Sequence record: MK310184
Source of the DNA: Phage NC-G
Strand: one strand, 5' to 3'
DNA: 64,000 nucleotides
This document shows positions 61,079 through 64,000 of the stretch, one piece after another. The notes below the pieces were generated by a model. It was not told the origin of the DNA. It saw only the letters and a program-made list of their open reading frames with translations, and searched no databases. Both the position numbers and the translations under genes were made by a program. How positions within the stretch are numbered: position 1 is the stretch's first letter; each line of letters starts with the position of its first letter.

Positions 61079-61648
61079 CTAAAAATCCAACATTTTTAAA
61101 TGAATTGTTTTATACTCGATTTCGTACGGGTCCCTTTTGACGGTTTCGATTGCAACAATCTCAAATCGCGATAGACTAGAGACCATGAACTCACATTCGG
61201 TTTCAACCATATCATAGAGGTCAATACGGGTTTCATCTATTTCAAGCTCATCCACATTCCCTGCAAGAACAAGGTCGATAGCATGGTTGTAGTAGTCAAA
61301 AATGAAGGGTGCATTCCTGAGACTTAAAATGGTTTTTGTTCCATATTCCCAAGCCCCTGCGAACTGTCGAGCCTGGGAGTATTGAGTACTAAAAGAAGTA
61401 ACTCGACCAGGAGACCATTGACACCCTACTGAAAGGAGCTCTAATTGCTCAAGTTCTCTGGTGGTAATCCCACGATACAACTCTACCGGAACCGCTGAAG
61501 TAACATGCTTGCGAACCAGTTTGTCGAGGTCGTAATGGAAGTTAGGGTCTTTTTTGGCGTCCAGGCATTTTTCTAAAAGATTCTGTTCATGTTTTGAAAA
61601 TTTGGAATTGATTCGGTCTTGATAAAGACATTTTTGTTCGATGTTCAT
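61079..61648 (-). CDS. ModA/ModB-family ADP-ribosyltransferase (189 aa)
   Basis: LYRGIT...TSFSTQY...E motifs; paralog of the neighbouring gene. Confidence 0.7.
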   Translation of the reverse strand: MNIEQKCLYQDRINSKFSKHEQNLLEKCLDAKKDPNFHYDLDKLVRKHVTSAVPVELYRGITTRELEQLELLSVGCQWSPGRVTSFSTQYSQARQFAGAWEYGTKTILSLRNAPFIFDYYNHAIDLVLAGNVDELEIDETRIDLYDMVETECEFMVSSLSRFEIVAIETVKRDPYEIEYKTIHLKMLDF

Positions 61649-61700
61649 ATGACCTCCAGTGATTTAGAGGTCATTATAACATGAAGGGAGGAGGTGTAAA

Positions 61701-61946
61701 CTACTTAAACACACCAAGTGGGACGCCAAACACTGCAATGTCAGCAGCCATGCCTAATGAGGATTGGGTATATAAAGTATAGGAGCTTTTTGATTCATAA
61801 GAGCTTTTTGTTTCTGGCTTCTCGACTTCAATCTTAGGAGCTTTCGCCTGAATATTTTTTTGCTCGATTTCCCTACGAGCCTGTTTACGGTCGATATCCA
61901 ATGCCGATGTAGGTATATTAGTTAGCCAATTCATTATTTTACCCAA
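61701..61946 (-). CDS. Hypothetical protein (81 aa)
   Basis: ORF. Confidence 0.45.
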   Translation of the reverse strand: MGKIMNWLTNIPTSALDIDRKQARREIEQKNIQAKAPKIEVEKPETKSSYESKSSYTLYTQSSLGMAADIAVFGVPLGVFK

Positions 61947-62128
61947 GGGGCCCAGGGTGGAGGGTCTTGATAGTAAGAAGCAAGGTCGCTCAGGACCTCT
62001 TTAGGCAACTTAAAGCCGTGCTTCTGTATAATCATATCAAGTTCATTAACAAGGTCAATAGGCGGCTCCCGAGTTGTTTCAGGCTCAGGGTCCGGGTCCG
62101 GGATGACAAACATATCAAATAAATCCAT
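61934..62128 (-). CDS. Hypothetical protein (64 aa)
   Basis: ORF. Confidence 0.4.
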   Translation of the reverse strand: MDLFDMFVIPDPDPEPETTREPPIDLVNELDMIIQKHGFKLPKEVLSDLASYYQDPPPWAPWVK

Positions 62129-62619
62129 TAGTAACCACCGATAGGACCATAACCATACATACGAGCTCGTAGCTTAGCATCACGAATAGCTTCTTCAGTC
62201 GGGGTAAAGCGCAAACCTATATCAAAGTGTTTCCAAATCTGACATTCTACTTCCGTAAGGTCTTCGATGGTAGAAATCAGATATGTGCGACCTTTAAGTC
62301 GTTCAGTGGCCATTTTATCTCTATCTTTATAGAAAATATCCGCAGTACCTTCTGCATATGGGTCCGCCGGATAACGATAGCCTTTTATATGCAAGGCTTG
62401 AGCCACACTAAAAGGGCACCCATCAGCAACATCAACATTTTGATTATGACGTACTTTCATCATAACATTTTCAGGAAGCTTGATATCTTTTAAGCGCGTT
62501 TCTAACTGGGTGATAGAATTCATACCGTTGTCAACAAAGATAAGACACGCCGTAGCATCATAAGGCCGTGTTTGGCCTGATGAATCACGCACATGGAATT
62601 CGAGTTCATAGACTTTCAT
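62128..62619 (-). CDS. Hypothetical protein (163 aa; mrh region)
   Basis: ORF. Confidence 0.5.
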   Translation of the reverse strand: MKVYELEFHVRDSSGQTRPYDATACLIFVDNGMNSITQLETRLKDIKLPENVMMKVRHNQNVDVADGCPFSVAQALHIKGYRYPADPYAEGTADIFYKDRDKMATERLKGRTYLISTIEDLTEVECQIWKHFDIGLRFTPTEEAIRDAKLRARMYGYGPIGGY

Positions 62620-62769
62620 TATGTTTTCCTCTTTTTAGTTTACCTACTAAAGGACCATCCGGAATTTTATTTTCCTGGATGTATTTCTCGTTTTCTTCCA
62701 TCATTTTACTACCAATTTTAAGAAGCAAATCCAGTGCCTCTTTAGCATGTTTTTCAGCCTCTTCAGTAG

Positions 62770-62970
62770 TCATGATTTATCCCCATAGATGTCACACATA
62801 ATCCTAAGGGCTTCGCGTTCTAATTTCTTTTCGCGTTCTTCACGGATACCTTTAAGAATCCATTCTTCGGAGTCGCGTTTCATTTCTGCATTGGCTTGGT
62901 CTAACCAACCATCATCAAGATAATCGCCAGGGCGGTCTAGCCAATCTTTAAGCCATGATAATGGTTTCAT
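62770..62970 (-). CDS. Hypothetical protein (66 aa)
   Basis: ORF. Confidence 0.45.
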   Translation of the reverse strand: MKPLSWLKDWLDRPGDYLDDGWLDQANAEMKRDSEEWILKGIREEREKKLEREALRIMCDIYGDKS

Positions 62971-63287
62971 TAATCACACGAGCTAGACGATGAGTCACAG
63001 CTTCCCGAGTCAGAATAAGACGAATCACCGGTCCATGAGCTAGCAACAACCGCTGTGGTCACAATGGTAGAAGCATCTAAATTACTTCTGCTACGTTGCT
63101 CATCTAAACGCGATTGTGCCAGGCGTTTATTTACCTGTTCTATGCGTTGTTGAGCTTCAGGCGTTACTATAACTTCTTCCATCATGCCATCGCCCATGTA
63201 GGTGTATTCCTTTTTAGGAGGTGCTTCAATAGGAACCATTCCTTGGCCTGGGGTAGAAGCAAACAACTCTTTAAGCCACTTAAACAT
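62970..63287 (-). CDS. Hypothetical protein (105 aa) with Ser-rich C-terminus
   Basis: ORF. Confidence 0.45.
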   Translation of the reverse strand: MFKWLKELFASTPGQGMVPIEAPPKKEYTYMGDGMMEEVIVTPEAQQRIEQVNKRLAQSRLDEQRSRSNLDASTIVTTAVVASSWTGDSSYSDSGSCDSSSSSCD

Positions 63288-63502
63288 TATAAGAACCCTC
63301 GTACAAATGAGACTTTAGGAAGTGGTTCGTCTTCGAAATCACTACGGATTTCAGCATTAAACTCAACAGAACCGTCTGCGTGCATCATGAAAGAATGCAC
63401 AACAACTTCAGCATACCATAGTTGAAGATCGTATTTCTGTATAACCTGACGAGCAATAACTTCATCTAAGGTTTGATTAGGTTTAATCCAACGATTTAAC
63501 AT
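63287..63502 (-). CDS. Hypothetical protein (71 aa; srh position)
   Basis: ORF adjacent to soc; early promoter upstream. Confidence 0.45.
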   Translation of the reverse strand: MLNRWIKPNQTLDEVIARQVIQKYDLQLWYAEVVVHSFMMHADGSVEFNAEIRSDFEDEPLPKVSFVRGFL

Positions 63503-63605
63503 AGTGTTCTCCTCTTGTTTTGATAGGACTACTATAACACTGTTTTACAAGGATGTAAACTGTAGAAACGAAAAAAGGAATCCCGAAGGATTCCTTATAA
63601 TTAAC

Positions 63606-63857
63606 TTATGCTTCGGGTCCTGGAGGAACCGGTGCAGGTTCTGGGGTAAACATAGCTTCATTTGCTGTTGCCCAATCATCTGCGGTGTCAACCACAGTAT
63701 CATAGGCTGGTTCTTCAGACGGGAAAGTCTGATAGTGCGCACCTGAGATTCGATGAGCATTAGAATAAACTTCAAATGCAACAGAAACCTCGGTACCTTC
63801 TACTGTACCACCTTCTACTTCATGGTCGAACGTTTTGATATTTACATATCCACCCAT
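63606..63857 (-). CDS. soc: Small outer capsid protein Soc
   Basis: GYVNIKTF...EVSVAFEVYSNAHRISGAHYQTFPSEEPAY matches T4 Soc. Confidence 0.9.
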   Translation of the reverse strand: MGGYVNIKTFDHEVEGGTVEGTEVSVAFEVYSNAHRISGAHYQTFPSEEPAYDTVVDTADDWATANEAMFTPEPAPVPPGPEA

Positions 63858-63877
63858 AATTTACTCCTTTAGTTAAT

Positions 63878-63885
63878 TACAGGTG
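63878..63885 (-). promoter_or_regulatory. Late promoter (TATAAATA) for soc
   Basis: Minus-strand TATAAATA upstream of the AAGGAG Shine-Dalgarno of soc. Confidence 0.65.
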
Positions 63886-63895
63886 TATTTATATC

Positions 63896-64000
63896 TTAAT
63901 ATCCATTATCCTGGCGTTCAAAATTATGTTTGTTCTTCAGGTAGTACAATTTAAAGATTTCTTCAGCAGTAAGACCAAGACCTTGGAACATATTCAGAAC
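63896..64000 (-). CDS. 3' end of an upstream gene (T4 gene 56 dCTPase position), 5' end outside window
   Basis: Open frame to the window edge ending ...FQGLGLTAEEIFKLYYLKNKHNFERQDNGY; identity inferred from synteny only. Confidence 0.35.
   Translation of the reverse strand, partial: VLNMFQGLGLTAEEIFKLYYLKNKHNFERQDNGY

Overview
This window is a contiguous segment of a T4-like (T-even type) myophage genome, colinear with phage T4 from gene 54/alt through gene 56. The left third (to about 29.5 kb) is a minus-strand early/middle block: two tandem Alt ADP-ribosyltransferases, DNA ligase (30), rIII, co-chaperonin 31, dCMP deaminase, polynucleotide kinase (pseT), a spanin pair, RNA ligase 1, denA, nrdB, nrdA, td, frd, gene 32, a seg-like endonuclease, 59, 33, dsbA and RNase H. 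The middle is the plus-strand late long-tail-fibre module 34-35-36-37-38 plus holin t, each preceded by TATAAATA-type late promoters. The right third returns to minus-strand host-takeover and replication genes: asiA, motA, topoisomerase 52, an stp/ac-like small-gene cluster, ndd, rIIB, rIIA, an unsplit gene 39, dexA, dda, two Mod-type ADP-ribosyltransferases, soc and the 3' end of 56. td and nrdB are intron-less and no CRISPR array or tRNA was found. Identifications rest on my recollection of T4 protein sequences and gene order, with no database search. Nothing here is an obviously self-contained novel system; the most unusual items are a duplicated stp-like peptide gene cluster, a 350-bp ORF-free island next to an unannotated small basic protein gene, a NADAR-like gene among the ligase-proximal early genes, tandem divergent Alt paralogs, and a family of near-identical early promoter cassettes with embedded palindromes and C(UUCG)G hairpins.
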